From an uncultured Chloroflexia bacterium (GTDB lineage Bacteria; Chloroflexota; Anaerolineae; JAAYZQ01): a stretch of 64,000 nt of DNA. A program made the position numbers and the translations under genes. This document shows positions 1-10,418 of the stretch, in pieces. The notes under the pieces were generated by a model. It worked only from the letters and a program-made list of their open reading frames with translations. It ran no database searches and was not told the origin of the DNA. The stretch lies in contig CAVOXA010000009.1 in the NCBI GenBank assembly GCA_963700285.1, positions 64,001-128,000 of the forward strand, read 5' to 3'. Positions within the stretch are counted from its first letter, which is position 1. The number at the start of each line of letters is the position of its first letter.

Positions 1-740
1 GCCGGCGCAGACGCCAGACGCTCTTTTTCTCGGCCACCATGCCCGAGGAGATCCGCGAGCTGGCCGACAGCATTCTCAAGGACCCGGTCACCGTGCAGAT
101 CGGCGTGATCGCCCCGGCCAAGACCGTTTCCCACGCGCTCTATCCCGTGTCGCAGAACCTCAAGAAAGAGCTGCTGCTGGCCACGCTGGAGCAGACGGCT
201 ACGGGCCGCGTGCTGATCTTTACCCGCACCAAGTACCGCGCCCGCAACCTGGCCCGCGACCTGGAAAAACGCAAGTATCGCGTCGCGGCGCTGCAGGGCA
301 ACATGTCGCAGAACCAGCGCCAGCAGGCGATCGACGGCTTTCGGAACGGCAAGTACGACATTCTCGTCGCCACCGACATTGCGGCGCGCGGCATCGACGT
401 TTCCGACATCTCGCACGTGATCAACTTTGACATGCCCGACACCGTGGATGCCTACACGCACCGCATCGGGCGCACCGGCCGCGCCCACAAGACCGGCGAG
501 GCCTTTACCTTCATGGCCCAGGGCGACGAGCCGATGGTGCGCGAGATCGAGAAGGTGCTGGGGAAACGGATCGAACGGCGGCGATTGCCGGGGTTCAACT
601 ATGGCAGTTCCGCACCGGAGAGCCAAGGGCGGGGGAAGAGTTCGAATCCGTCGCGCAATGCACAAAGCAACCACAAACACAAGCAGAGCCGTGGTGGTCA
701 GGTGCATAGGGCGGCCGCCAGTGCTGGCAGTAGGATCTAG
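1..740 (+). CDS. DEAD-box RNA helicase (RhlE/CshA-like), 5' part outside window
   Basis: FSAT motif just upstream of ORF start; LIFTRTK, LVATDIAARGID, YTHRIGRTGR (motif VI); basic C-terminal tail. Confidence 0.93.
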   Translation, partial: RRRRQTLFFSATMPEEIRELADSILKDPVTVQIGVIAPAKTVSHALYPVSQNLKKELLLATLEQTATGRVLIFTRTKYRARNLARDLEKRKYRVAALQGNMSQNQRQQAIDGFRNGKYDILVATDIAARGIDVSDISHVINFDMPDTVDAYTHRIGRTGRAHKTGEAFTFMAQGDEPMVREIEKVLGKRIERRRLPGFNYGSSAPESQGRGKSSNPSRNAQSNHKHKQSRGGQVHRAAASAGSRI

Positions 741-854
741 CACAGAGCAACACACTGGTGCTCTGCTATCATTGCTCGGAGCGCGCCGGAAATCCATGCG
801 CCAAAGTAATGACATGAACGTCACGACCGTGGTTTCAGTGCCCTAGTGGACGAA

Positions 855-883
855 GGCAGGACAAGTGGCATACTTGTCCTGCC
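855..883. repeat. REP-like hairpin / possible terminator
   Basis: GGCAGGACAAGT-ggcat-ACTTGTCCTGCC, perfect 12-bp stem downstream of the helicase. Confidence 0.6.
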
Positions 884-1081
884 GGAACCACGGTCCGGGT
901 GGCAGCCGGGTATTGGTTTGCATCCCTTGGCTCAAGTCGGGTCTGTGACCGGGCAGGCTGAGCCCAACCCCCGCGATAGCGTCCTTTTTTGCCCTGAACC
1001 GGCTTGTTGGGTATAATACGCGGCAGTAGAACTGGACATGGGGGCTGGTATTCCTGTGTCTTGCTAGAATACTTGGCGCGA

Positions 1082-2323
1082 ATGGCGACAATGATCTCTC
1101 GATTGGGTCTGCTGCTCCTCACAATTGCCTTGCTAGGCGCTTTGCTTCTGCCGGGCCTTGAGCACCCCCCAGCGGCACAAGCCGAGGGCGAACGGCTGGT
1201 CCTCGCCTTCTACTACCCCTGGTTCGACGGCAACACCTGGAAGGGCGGCAAAGTTCCCGACCTGCCCCAGACCCTCTACAACTCGGACGATACCGGCGCC
1301 ATGGCCCGCCAGATCGAGCAGGCCCAGGGGGCTGGGATCGATGCCTTTGTCGTGAACTGGTGGGGCAAGGGCAACCGCACGGAAAAGAACCTCAAGGCCC
1401 TGCTGGATGTCGCCGGCCAGAAGGGCTTTCGCCTCACGGTCGATTTCGACATCAACTCTCCGTTCATGGGTGGGGTGAGCAGCTTTGCCGACAACCTGCG
1501 CCACCTGCACACCGTCCACGCGTCGCAGCCAGCCTATCTAAAGTACCAGGGCCGGCCGGTGGTCTTTTTCTACAACGTCTCCCGGCTGCCAGTCAGCACC
1601 TGGCAGAGCCTGCGGGACCAGGCCGATCCGGAGCGCAAGGCCATCTGGATCGCCGAGGGCACGGATCTGAAATACCAGTCGGTATTTGATGGGCACCACC
1701 TGTACAGCATCATCTGGCCCAACCGCATCCCGCCGGCCCAGATACTGCCCAAGTGGGGCGACCGGGTGCGTACCCACAACCGCCAGAATGGCACGGCCAA
1801 ACTTTGGGTGGCCACGGTCATGCCCGGCTACGACGACCGCAAGGTCCGGCCGGGGAACGGCTTTGCCCGTTCCCGGGATGGCGGCGAGTACTATAAACAA
1901 GCCTGGCAGGCGGCCATCGCCAGCAAGCCACAGTGGGTGGTCATCAATTCCTTCAACGAATGGCCGGAAGGGTCCTACATCGAGCCCAGCCAGGCTTTTG
2001 GGGGACTGTACATGGACCTGACGCGGGAATGGGCCGACCGCTACAAAGGAGCAGATTTCGGAGTGCAGGCTGCCGCACCCGCCCCACCACCCACCAGCAT
2101 ACCGCCAACACCCACGCCCGCGCCGCCTACCCCTACACCCCTGCCGCCAACACCCACATCGGTCCCCCCTGTCTATATCATCGAAGGCGAGTATCCCCTG
2201 GAAAGCCACGACCTGGGTCAGGGCTGCAGTTATCTCCTCTCAGGTGAGGATGGGCGCCCGGTGTGGCTCATTTTCTGCGCCGCCGGGCAGGGCGCGTCCC
2301 AGTCCGGTCCGGCAATCCGCTAG
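1082..2323 (+). CDS. Secreted glycoside hydrolase, GH99/GH71-like, with Pro/Thr linker
   Basis: N-terminal hydrophobic signal; AFYYPWF, AQGAGIDAFVVNWW, INSFNEWPEGSYIEP; PTPT tail. Start chosen at ATG 1082, downstream of TATAAT at 1013-1018. Confidence 0.8.
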   Translation: MATMISRLGLLLLTIALLGALLLPGLEHPPAAQAEGERLVLAFYYPWFDGNTWKGGKVPDLPQTLYNSDDTGAMARQIEQAQGAGIDAFVVNWWGKGNRTEKNLKALLDVAGQKGFRLTVDFDINSPFMGGVSSFADNLRHLHTVHASQPAYLKYQGRPVVFFYNVSRLPVSTWQSLRDQADPERKAIWIAEGTDLKYQSVFDGHHLYSIIWPNRIPPAQILPKWGDRVRTHNRQNGTAKLWVATVMPGYDDRKVRPGNGFARSRDGGEYYKQAWQAAIASKPQWVVINSFNEWPEGSYIEPSQAFGGLYMDLTREWADRYKGADFGVQAAAPAPPPTSIPPTPTPAPPTPTPLPPTPTSVPPVYIIEGEYPLESHDLGQGCSYLLSGEDGRPVWLIFCAAGQGASQSGPAIR

Positions 2324-2552
2324 CAGTAGCTCCGCGTACCCGGAATTCTACAACGAAAAGAACCGCGTACCCCGCCCCGCGGGGCCTAGGCATGCGCCGT
2401 ATCGGACATTGACAAGAGGACATGGGCCATGTGGCCTGCCCGAACTACATTCCAGGATTTGCCGATACCTGCGCCAGGCTGGTACTTGTTGACAACTTTG
2501 ACCGGTGATTGAACTTGGCTGAACAGGCAGCTGCCCAAGCTCCCAGAAACAC

Positions 2553-2678
2553 GTCATTCTGAGCCGGAGCGCAGCGGAGGCGAAGAATCTCCACCTACGA
2601 GAGCGAAACCACCTGAAAGAAGCGGAAGATATTCTTCGCTGCGCTCAGAACATGTCTTGAGCGTTGTCGGAGGATGAC
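2553..2678. repeat. GTCATT..ATGAC-type REP/REPIN-like palindromic element
   Basis: GTCATTCTGAGC..GCGAAGAATCT paired with AGAT.ATTCTTCGCTGCGCTCAGAA, ending GGATGAC; lies between convergent genes. Confidence 0.7.
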
Positions 2679-2758
2679 CCGCTCACGCTATTGCCTGATC
2701 AAGTTGTCAAAGTCCATTGGCCCGGCGCAAACAAGTTCAGAACCAGAGCAGGTTGGGG

Positions 2759-3625
2759 TTATCCCATGGGGCGGCGAGCAGGCGCGTGAAGCGCGTCGTA
2801 CAAGGCATCCAGATCTGTGGGCGAGAGGTCCCGGTACGCTCCTGGCTGCAGGTCACCCAGCTCTAGCGGTCCGATGCTCACGCGGACGAGCCTGAGGGTC
2901 GGATGATCTACAGCGGCGGTCATGCGCCGTACTTGGCGCTTGCGCCCCTCGCTCAGCACCAGGCGCAACCAGGCCGTGGGTACCGTCTTCCGGTAGCGGA
3001 TAGGTTTGGCCCGAAGGGGTAACTCGGGATCCGCAGGCAGCAATGCCACCTGGGCCGGGGCTGTGCGCCGGCCCTTCACCATCACGCCACGGCGCAATTC
3101 AGCCAGAGCCGAGGCGTCGGGTACGCGTTCTACCTGGGCCAGGTAGGTCTTGGGATGCCGGTAGCTGGGATGGCCCAGACGATGAATAAGCCAGCCATCG
3201 TTGGTCAGCAGCAACAGTCCCTCACTGTCCCAATCGAGGCGGCCCGCAGCATAAATGCCCGACACATCCACATAATCGGACAGCGTCTGGCGCCCCTCTG
3301 GATCGGTAAAGGCACAAAGCACGCCGTATGGTTTGTTCAACAGCACGTAGCGACAGCTATGGGTCAGAGGCAGTGGTTTCCGGTCGAGCGTGATGCGATC
3401 GCGAAAAGGGTCGGCGCGATCCTCGGGGTCGGTGATCAGCCTGCCATTCACGGCGACACGCCCGCCCCGTACCATCCCAGAGCACCGGGACCGCGAAGCA
3501 ATTCCTGCCGCGGACAGTACGCGGGCAAGCTGCTGCCGGCCAGCCACCTGGCTCAGACAATCGCTGCTGCTGCCCTCAAGCCCCGTCATCTCCAAGCCAT
3601 CCCGCCGTTCATCCATGGGCTGCAA
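2759..3625 (-). CDS. rRNA pseudouridine synthase (RsuA/RluE family) with S4 domain
   Basis: S4-like N-terminus, LLNKPYG, AGRLDWDSEGLLLLTNDG, EGRKRQVRRM, TLRLVRVSIG; exact start uncertain. Confidence 0.92.
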   Translation of the reverse strand: MQPMDERRDGLEMTGLEGSSSDCLSQVAGRQQLARVLSAAGIASRSRCSGMVRGGRVAVNGRLITDPEDRADPFRDRITLDRKPLPLTHSCRYVLLNKPYGVLCAFTDPEGRQTLSDYVDVSGIYAAGRLDWDSEGLLLLTNDGWLIHRLGHPSYRHPKTYLAQVERVPDASALAELRRGVMVKGRRTAPAQVALLPADPELPLRAKPIRYRKTVPTAWLRLVLSEGRKRQVRRMTAAVDHPTLRLVRVSIGPLELGDLQPGAYRDLSPTDLDALYDALHAPARRPMG

Positions 3626-3684
3626 CTATAGCAGGATCCCAGGCGGTTGTCAACCTATTCTCCTTGGTGATTGCTCACCTCTAG

Positions 3685-3790
3685 CCCAGGCCTCGGAGGT
3701 GTCTTGCTGGAGCGGCTCAGGTTCGCCCCTCCAGGGATTCTGGGGACAAGGATCGCCTCGGAGTCGCTGAAAAGACCTCCGAGGCCTGGG
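3685..3790. repeat. 16-bp perfect inverted repeat pair (REPIN-like)
   Basis: CCCAGGCCTCGGAGGT (3685-3700) and ACCTCCGAGGCCTGGG (3775-3790). Confidence 0.65.
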
Positions 3791-3915
3791 GTTCCGGCAG
3801 CCGTCGTGCAAAGCTACCCACGGAGGCAGAGGACAAACAAGGGGTGATTTGCTCTGGCCAGCCCGCTGTGCTATACTGCTGCCATCTCAGGGGGAGGAGG
3901 CGACGAGAATAAGCC

Positions 3916-4461
3916 ATGTCCGAGGAGCTAGTGGGCAGAATCCTGGTGGACAAAGAGACGCTGCAGGGCCGGGTCAGGGAGCTTGGGCGGACCATCTCCA
4001 CTGACTATCAAGGAAAGGACTTGGTACTAATCTGCGTCCTGAAGGGCGGCGTTTCTTTCCTGGTCGACTTGATGCGCCAGATCACCATTCCACACGAGAT
4101 CGATTTTCTGGCTATTTCCAGTTATGGGGTGGGAAAAAGGGAAAGCACAGGCGTTGTACGCATCCTCATGGATCTGGCCGCCAGTATTGAGGGCCGGGAC
4201 GTGCTCATTGTCGAGGATATTGTCGACAGCGGCCGGACTATGACCTACTTGCTGCGTACCCTATGGGCAAGGAATCCGGCCAGCCTGCGCGTTTGCACCA
4301 TCCTGAACAAGCCCAGCCGCCGCGTGGTAGAGATACCCCTTGATTATGTCGGCTTTGACATCCCGGATGAGTTTGTGCTGGGCTACGGCCTGGATCTGGA
4401 TGAGAAGTATCGCAACCTACCTTACGTAGCCGTGCTCAAGGGGGAACCACCTGCAGAATAG
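3916..4461 (+). CDS. hpt: Hypoxanthine phosphoribosyltransferase
   Basis: LICVLKGG, VLIVEDIVDSGRT (PRPP motif), FVLGYGLDLDEKYRNLP. Confidence 0.96.
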   Translation: MSEELVGRILVDKETLQGRVRELGRTISTDYQGKDLVLICVLKGGVSFLVDLMRQITIPHEIDFLAISSYGVGKRESTGVVRILMDLAASIEGRDVLIVEDIVDSGRTMTYLLRTLWARNPASLRVCTILNKPSRRVVEIPLDYVGFDIPDEFVLGYGLDLDEKYRNLPYVAVLKGEPPAE

Positions 4462-4559
4462 GTAGTGTTGTCGCGATAGCTGCTCAGCAGATCGCAGACA
4501 ACAACCCTGCCACCAGCGTAAAGAAAATATCGACGCGGTCCGGCGCTAGGGGGCTAACC

Positions 4560-5008
4560 ATGTACACCCTCGACGCCAGCGTCCACATCAGCGCCCTGAA
4601 CCCCCACGAGCCCCAGTCAATCGCCGGCCAGGCGCTGCTGCGGCTGTTTCACGAGCGCGCGAGCCCGCTCTATTGCCCGACGCTGCTGCCGGGGCTGCTG
4701 CCGTCTCGCTGAGATTCGATGATGCCGGCAAAGCACTGGCGCTGGCAGCCCTGGTACGCGACTGGCCCAACCAGACCCTGGTACCGCCGGACGGCGCTGT
4801 GGCGGAACGCTCCGCAGGGTTGGTGACGCGATGGCGGCTGCGCGGGGCGGACGCGGTGTATGCCGTCGTGGCCCAGCAGGTTGGCACCACCCTGATCGCG
4901 CTCGACCGCCGGCAAGTGGAGCGCCTGCCGCCTGAGGTGAGAACCGCCCGGCCAGCGGAGGGACTGGCCCAAGACCTGACAGGTTTGCCCCAGGGGGGCA
5001 GCATCTAG
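4560..5008 (+). pseudogene. PIN-domain (VapC-like) toxin, frameshifted near 4690
   Basis: ATG 4560 reads MYTLDASVHISAL; the second frame gives RLRGADAVYAVVA..LIALDRRQ, typical PIN acidic motifs. Confidence 0.75.
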
Positions 5009-5123
5009 CATTTGTGGCATCCTGGGGTGGCACAGATCGCGCCACGATGGCCAAAAAACCTGTCAGGTCTGCTCATATACCCCATGGGCGCGATCGGGTC
5101 AACCAACTCGCCGGCATGCCCAT

Positions 5124-5152
5124 TTCACATCCTGCACCAATCATGGTACAAT
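5124..5152 (+). promoter_or_regulatory. sigma70-type promoter upstream of hsdM
   Basis: TTCACA-17bp-TACAAT with extended TG. Confidence 0.55.
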
Positions 5153-5225
5153 GGTCCCGTCCACAATAGATGACAAGCCCTTCGCAGCACCGGCACTCAT
5201 GTCGATTGGAGCATTGGGGAATTCC

Positions 5226-7393
5226 ATGGAACAAGCCGACCTGAACTGGATCGCCAACTTTATCTGGGGCATCGCCGACGACGTGCTGCGCGACCTCTAT
5301 GTCCGGGGCAAGTACCGCGATGTCATCCTGCCCATGACCGTGCTGCGCCGCCTCGACGCCGTGCTTGAGCCCAGGAAGAACGCCGTGCTCGATACCAAAA
5401 CCTGGCTCGACCGGACAGGCATCACCAACCAGGACGGCGCTCTGCGCCAGGCCGCCGAACAGGCATTCTACAATACCTCCAAGTTCACGCTGCGCGACCT
5501 GCGGGCCCGGGCCAGCCAGCAGCAGCTCCGGGCCGACTTTGAGGCCTACCTCGACGGTTTTTCGCCCAACGTGCAGGAGATCCTGGAGAATTTCGAGTTC
5601 CGCAACCAGATCCCCCGCCTGTCCAGGGCCGACGCCCTGGGCACCTTGATCGAAAAGCTCCTGGACCCGGCCATCAACCTCGGCCCCGAGCCGGTGCTGA
5701 ACGGCGACGGCTCGGTCAAGCTGCCGGGCCTGGACAACCACGCCATGGGCACCATCTTTGAGGAGCTGGTTCGCCGCTTCAACGAGGAGAACAACGAGGA
5801 GGCTGGCGAGCACTGGACGCCGCGGGACGCCGTGCGGCTGATGGCCAGGCTCATCTTCCTGCCCGTCGCCGGCCAGATCGAATCGGGCACCTACCTGCTG
5901 TACGATGGCGCCTGCGGCACGGGCGGCATGCTGACCGTGGCCGAGGAGACGCTGCTGCAGCTGGCCCAGGAGCACGGCAAGCAGGTTTCCACCCACCTCT
6001 TTGGCCAGGAGATCAACGCCGAGACCTATGCCATCTGCAAGGCCGACCTGCTGCTCAAGGGCGAGGGCGAGGCGGCCGACAACATCGTGGGCGGGCCGGA
6101 ATACTCGACTCTGTCCAACGACGCCTTCCCGGCCCGCGAGTTCGACTTTATGCTCTCCAACCCGCCCTACGGCAAGAGCTGGAAGAGCGACCTGGAGCGC
6201 ATGGGCGGCAAGAGCGGCATGGTGGACGCCCGTTTCGTCATCAACCACGCCGGCGACGCGGAATACTCGCTGGTCACGCGTTCCAGCGACGGGCAGTTGC
6301 TCTTCCTGGTCAACATGCTGAGCAAGATGAAGCAGGACACCGAGCAGGGCAGCCGCATCGCCGAGGTACACAACGGCTCGTCGCTCTTCACCGGCGACGC
6401 CGGCCAGGGCGAGAGCAACATCCGGCGCTGGATCCTCGAGAACGACTGGCTGGAGGCCATCGTCGCCCTGCCGCTGAACATGTTCTACAACACCGGCATC
6501 GCCACCTACATCTGGGTGCTCACCAACCGCAAGCCGGCCCACCGCCGGGGCAAGGTGCAGCTCATCGACGCCACGGGCTGGTACCAGCCGCTGCGCAAGA
6601 ACCTGGGCCAGAAGAACTGCGAGCTGTCGGAGGCGGACATCGAGCACATCTGCGAGACCTTCCTGGCCTTCGAGGAGGGCGAGCAGTCCAAGATCCTGCC
6701 CAACGGCGCCTTTGGCTACTGGAAGGTGACGGTCGAGCGCCCACTGCGCCTGCGGGTGGACCTGTCGGAGGAGAAGCGGGCCGCCTTTCGCCAGGCCTGC
6801 GCCGAGGCCAAGGAGGAGGAACTGGCCGATCTGATCGACCGCGCGGCCGCGCACCTGGGTCCGGGACCGCACGACGACTACAACCTGTTTCTCCAGCAGT
6901 TGGACCACGAGGCTCTGTGGCCTGTGGTCAAGCTCACCGCCAAGCGCCAGAGGCTCCTGCAGCGGGATCTGGCCGAGCGCCACGACGACGCGGCGCCCGT
7001 CGTCAAGAAGGTGTACAGAGCCGGGCAAGGGCGGCAGCCAGGCCGCCATCCAGGCCGACCCGCTGCGCGGCCGCTACACCGCCCAGGTGGGGGCAAGATC
7101 CCAGCGTGGTGGAGTACGAGCCAGACAGCGATCTGCGCGACACCGAGCAGGTACCGCTGCTGGAGCCGGGCGGCATCGAGGCCTTTATCCGGCGCGAGGT
7201 GCTGCCCCACGTGCCCGACGCCTGGATCGACGAGGAGGGGGCCAAGATCGGCTACGAGATCTCGTTCACGCGCTACTTCTACCAACCGCCGCCGATGCGC
7301 AGCCTGGAGGAGATCCGCGCCGATATCCTGGCGCTGGAGCAGGAGACGGACGGGCTGCTGGCGTCCATTCTCGACCTGGAGGGGCCGGCCTGA
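5226..7393 (+). CDS. hsdM: Type I R-M methyltransferase subunit M; apparent frameshift(s) at ~7030-7100
   Basis: NFIWGIADDVLRD, GEHWTPRD, YDGACGTGGML (motif I), SNPPY (motif IV); C-terminal KIGYEISFTRYFY..RSLEEIRADI lies in a second frame. Confidence 0.93.
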
Positions 7394-7719
7394 TGACAGA
7401 GATGCTGTTCATCAGCAGCGTTCAGCTTCCCGAGCCACGTTTTGAGTAGCGGGGCGATCACTTTGTCGTCACCCTCTGGCGTCACTGGCTGGCCGAGGCC
7501 GAGATGGACAGCCTGGGGCTGGCTCCCCGGCAGCGTGAGGCGGTGGCCCTGGTCCTGCGCTTCGGTCGGGTCACGAACCGAGCCTACCGCGAGGCGACCG
7601 GGTTGACCAGACAGACAGGGCTACGCGATCTGCAGGACCTGGTCAACAAGGGGGTGCTGGAGATGGCGGGCGCTGGGCGCGGCGCTTGCTATGTACTGAA
7701 GAGGAAAACGCGACATTAA
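7393..7719 (+). pseudogene. Internally deleted DUF4062/ATP-binding-HTH regulator remnant
   Basis: MTEMLFISSVQ (DUF4062-like start) joined to LPEPRFE*RGDHFVVTLWR and a wHTH (RVTNRAYRE..TGLRDLQDLVNKGVL..GAGRGACY); in-frame stop at 7447-7449. Confidence 0.65.
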
Positions 7720-7794
7720 TGCGACATATGCGACAGTGGCGATCCCAGCGGGAAAATGCAACATGAACGCGACAAACGCGACACGCCGCGACAC
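7708..7794 (+). repeat. Seven direct copies of AYGCGACA-like motif (iteron/operator-like)
   Basis: Copies at 7708, 7719, 7728, 7756, 7767, 7776 and 7786. Confidence 0.75.
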
Positions 7795-7815
7795 GGGGTG
7801 GAAACTGATGGCCCA

Positions 7816-7914
7816 CTACCTCGACCAGCCACCGCCGATGCGCAGCCTGGAGGAGATCCGCGCTGATATCCTGGCCCTGGAGAAAGAGACGGATGGATTG
7901 TTGGAGTACATTCT
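7816..7914 (+). repeat. Diverged duplicate of the hsdM 3' end
   Basis: Encodes QPPPMRSLEEIRADILALEKETDGLL, versus QPPPMRSLEEIRADILALEQETDGLL at ~7283-7360. Confidence 0.9.
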
Positions 7915-7972
7915 GGTGGATATCAAATTTGCCCCTCCAGGGCAGCCTACGATTCACAGGGAGTGACCAAGG

Positions 7973-8100
7973 ATGTCTAATTTTGACTCGACCAAGATGG
8001 GCCTGGGCGAGATTCTTGTCGAAATCATCAAAGGCAAAATTCAGTTACCCGATTTCCAACGCGGTTGGATTTGGGACGATGAACACATTCGTTCTTTGAG
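7973..8100 (+). pseudogene. DUF262 (GmrSD-like) 5' fragment
   Basis: MSNFDSTK..GKIQLPDFQRGWIWDDEHIRSL; similarity stops just before the REP/GIY-YIG unit. Confidence 0.8.
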
Positions 8101-8124
8101 GCTGAGTGGCACATATACCCAACA

Positions 8125-8648
8125 CGTCAGTTCCCGCGAAAGCGGTGATGCGAGAATCCAGACAGGTCTGGAATGGAGAACATACAACCACCCAACACGT
8201 CATCCCCGAACGACTGATTCTCGGGAACAGCGGAACGCGCAATCCAGGCACACCTAAGGAACCGGTGAAGAAGAAACAACCTGCCGTCTACATCTTGGCC
8301 AGCAAACGCAATGGCACACTCTACATCGGCGTTACCAGCGACTTGGTGAAGCGCGTTTGGCAACACAAGAATGACGTGCACGAGGGCTTTACGAAGAAAT
8401 ACGGCATCCATACCCTGGTCTACTACGAAATACACACAGACATGACCGAGGCCATTGTCCGCGAGAAACGGCTGAAGAAATGGAACCGCGCATGGAAGAT
8501 CGAGCTGATCGAAAAGGACAACCCCCAGTGGCACGATCTATGGCCGGAGCTTGGCGCTTGAGCGTGGTCGCGGGCTTGATGCGGACATCTGGCTGTGCAG
8601 GAAGATGTGTGAGAAACCGCCTGGATTCCCGCGTGCGCGGGAATGACG
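8125..8648. mobile_element. REP-flanked GIY-YIG nuclease unit
   Basis: Two CGTCA..AATCCAG repeats at 8125-8161 and 8198-8247, both preceded by CCCAACA; inverted CCTGGATTCCCGCGTGCGCGGGAATGACG at 8620-8648. Confidence 0.65.
8265..8561 (+). CDS. Small GIY-YIG nuclease
   Basis: AVYILASKRNGTLYIGVTSDLVKRVWQHK, AIVREKRLKKWNRAWKIELIE; GTG start with AAGGA RBS. Confidence 0.93.
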   Translation: MKKKQPAVYILASKRNGTLYIGVTSDLVKRVWQHKNDVHEGFTKKYGIHTLVYYEIHTDMTEAIVREKRLKKWNRAWKIELIEKDNPQWHDLWPELGA

Positions 8649-8661
8649 GGGATAGCATAGC

Positions 8662-8995
8662 ATGATCCATCAGATGAAGCCATACCCCGCCTACCAGGAC
8701 TCCGGCGTGCCATGGCTGGATGAGGTGCCGGAGCACTGGGAGGTAGCGCAACTTGGCCGAATTGGCACCCTCTCAAAGGGTAGAGGCGGTACCAAAGAGG
8801 ACGAGGCGATTGAGGGTATGCCGTGTGTGAGATATGGGGATCTCTACAGCACGCCATCAGTACTTCATCAAGAAAGCAAAGGCCTGTGTGTCGATCGATC
8901 GAGCCGCTGACTATGCGCCTATTGAATATGGCGATGTGCTGTTTGCTGGCTCAGGTGAGACTATTCAGGGGATCGGAAAATCTGCGGTAACCTCC
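8662..8995 (+). pseudogene. hsdS: Truncated Type I specificity subunit (N-terminal conserved region plus partial TRD)
   Basis: MKPYPAYQDSGVPWLDEVPEHWE..PCVRYGDLY..GDVLFAGSGETI; frameshifted and truncated. Confidence 0.8.
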
Positions 8996-9008
8996 TATCC
9001 GAGCCTGC

Positions 9009-10418
9009 TTGCCTAACGCTCAGAGCCTACCCTGCCTACCAAGACTCCGGCGTACACTGGCTGAAGTGGGTACCCAACGGCTGGAGGACCCTTCGTGGCA
9101 AGAATGTCTTTGCGGTGGTGATGTGCAGGCCCACGACGGGCGACGCAGAGATTCTGACTGGCTCTTCCGCAGACGGAGCTGTCCGCGTAGTCAAAAGAAA
9201 GTCACCATGTTCAAGGCTGAGTCCTATGTTGGGCACAAGCTGTGCTGGCCTGGTGATCTAGGAATCAACAGTCTTTGGGCATGGATGCTGGGACTCGGCT
9301 TTTCCGAACATCATGGTCTCGTGAGTTCTGCTTACGGCGTTTACAGACCGAAATCTCCGTTCAGGTCGCAGTGGCGGTTCTTTGAGCATCTGCTGCGGTC
9401 TGCTGCCTACAAATGGGAATTGCAGACGAGATCCAAGGGCGTATGGCTCTCCCGGCTGCAGCTGTCAGATTCCGCTTTCTGGATCGCACATCGCGACCCT
9501 CCCTGAACAAGCCGCCATCGCCCGCTTCCTCGACTACATCGACCGGCGCATCCGGCGCTACATCCGCGCCAAGCGGAAGCTGATCGCGCTGCTGGAGGAG
9601 CAGAAGCAGGCCATCATCCAGCGCGCCGTGACCCGCGGCCTCGACCCCAACGTGCGCCTCAAGCCCTCGGGCGTGGAGTGGCTGGGGGAGATACCTGAGC
9701 ATTGGGAAATGCGAAAGCTCGAAACCTTGGGAAGTTCTATAGGGCGTGGGATTGCCAAAGCAGAATCACGGAGACGGGAGTTCCCGCGATTCCTTACGGT
9801 GATATCTACGACCCGGTATGGCGTTGAGACGGCACAGTGAGTAGGTGTACTTCACCTGGGGTTGCTGCAAATGCGCAGAGGATTCGACGGGAGACCTGCT
9901 CTTCACCGCGTCTGGTGAAACGCTCAACGACATCGGCAATGGCAACATTGTACGCAGATCGACGTCCATGTATGCATGGAGACATCAATATCCTGCGATT
10001 GGGCGAAGGCGAAGCGGCTATACGTGAGTTCATGTGCTGACTCTGGTTATTGGCAGTCCAGCAGAAGTCCGCTTTCGGTCGCGGCGACATCATTGTGCAC
10101 AATCTGCATCGAAGCTGAACGATCAGGATTGTCGTCCCGCTTCCGACCGCAAGAGGAACAGGCTGCAATCTGCGCAGTTCCAGGCATTGACCAAGCTATC
10201 GATCACGCCATTCGAACGTGCCCAACCGAGAAATCGACCTCATCCGCGAATACCGCACCCGCCTCATCGCCGACGTGGTGACGGGCAAGCTCGACGTGCG
10301 CCAGGCGGCGGCCAGCCTGCCCTACGAGGCCGAAGAACTGGAGGGCTGGGACGATCTCGAGGCGGAGGGGGAAAGCGACGAGCACCTGTGTGAGAAGGTA
10401 GAGGGAGAGGACCTGTGA
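9009..10418 (+). pseudogene. hsdS: Type I specificity subunit with two TRDs, multiply frameshifted
   Basis: PYPAYQDSGVHWL, EQAAIARFLDYIDRRI..EQKQAIIQRAVTRGLDPNVRLKPSGVEWLGEIPEHWE, REYRTRLIADVVTGKLDVR, spread over several frames. Confidence 0.85.

Noticed and set aside
2080-2170. Pro/Thr repeats in the GH99-like protein (also 37690-37770 in the amidase)
   Set aside because: Ordinary low-complexity linkers of exported proteins
5073-7049. 658-aa minus-strand ORF
   Set aside because: Antisense shadow of hsdM caused by high-GC codon bias; no recognisable motifs
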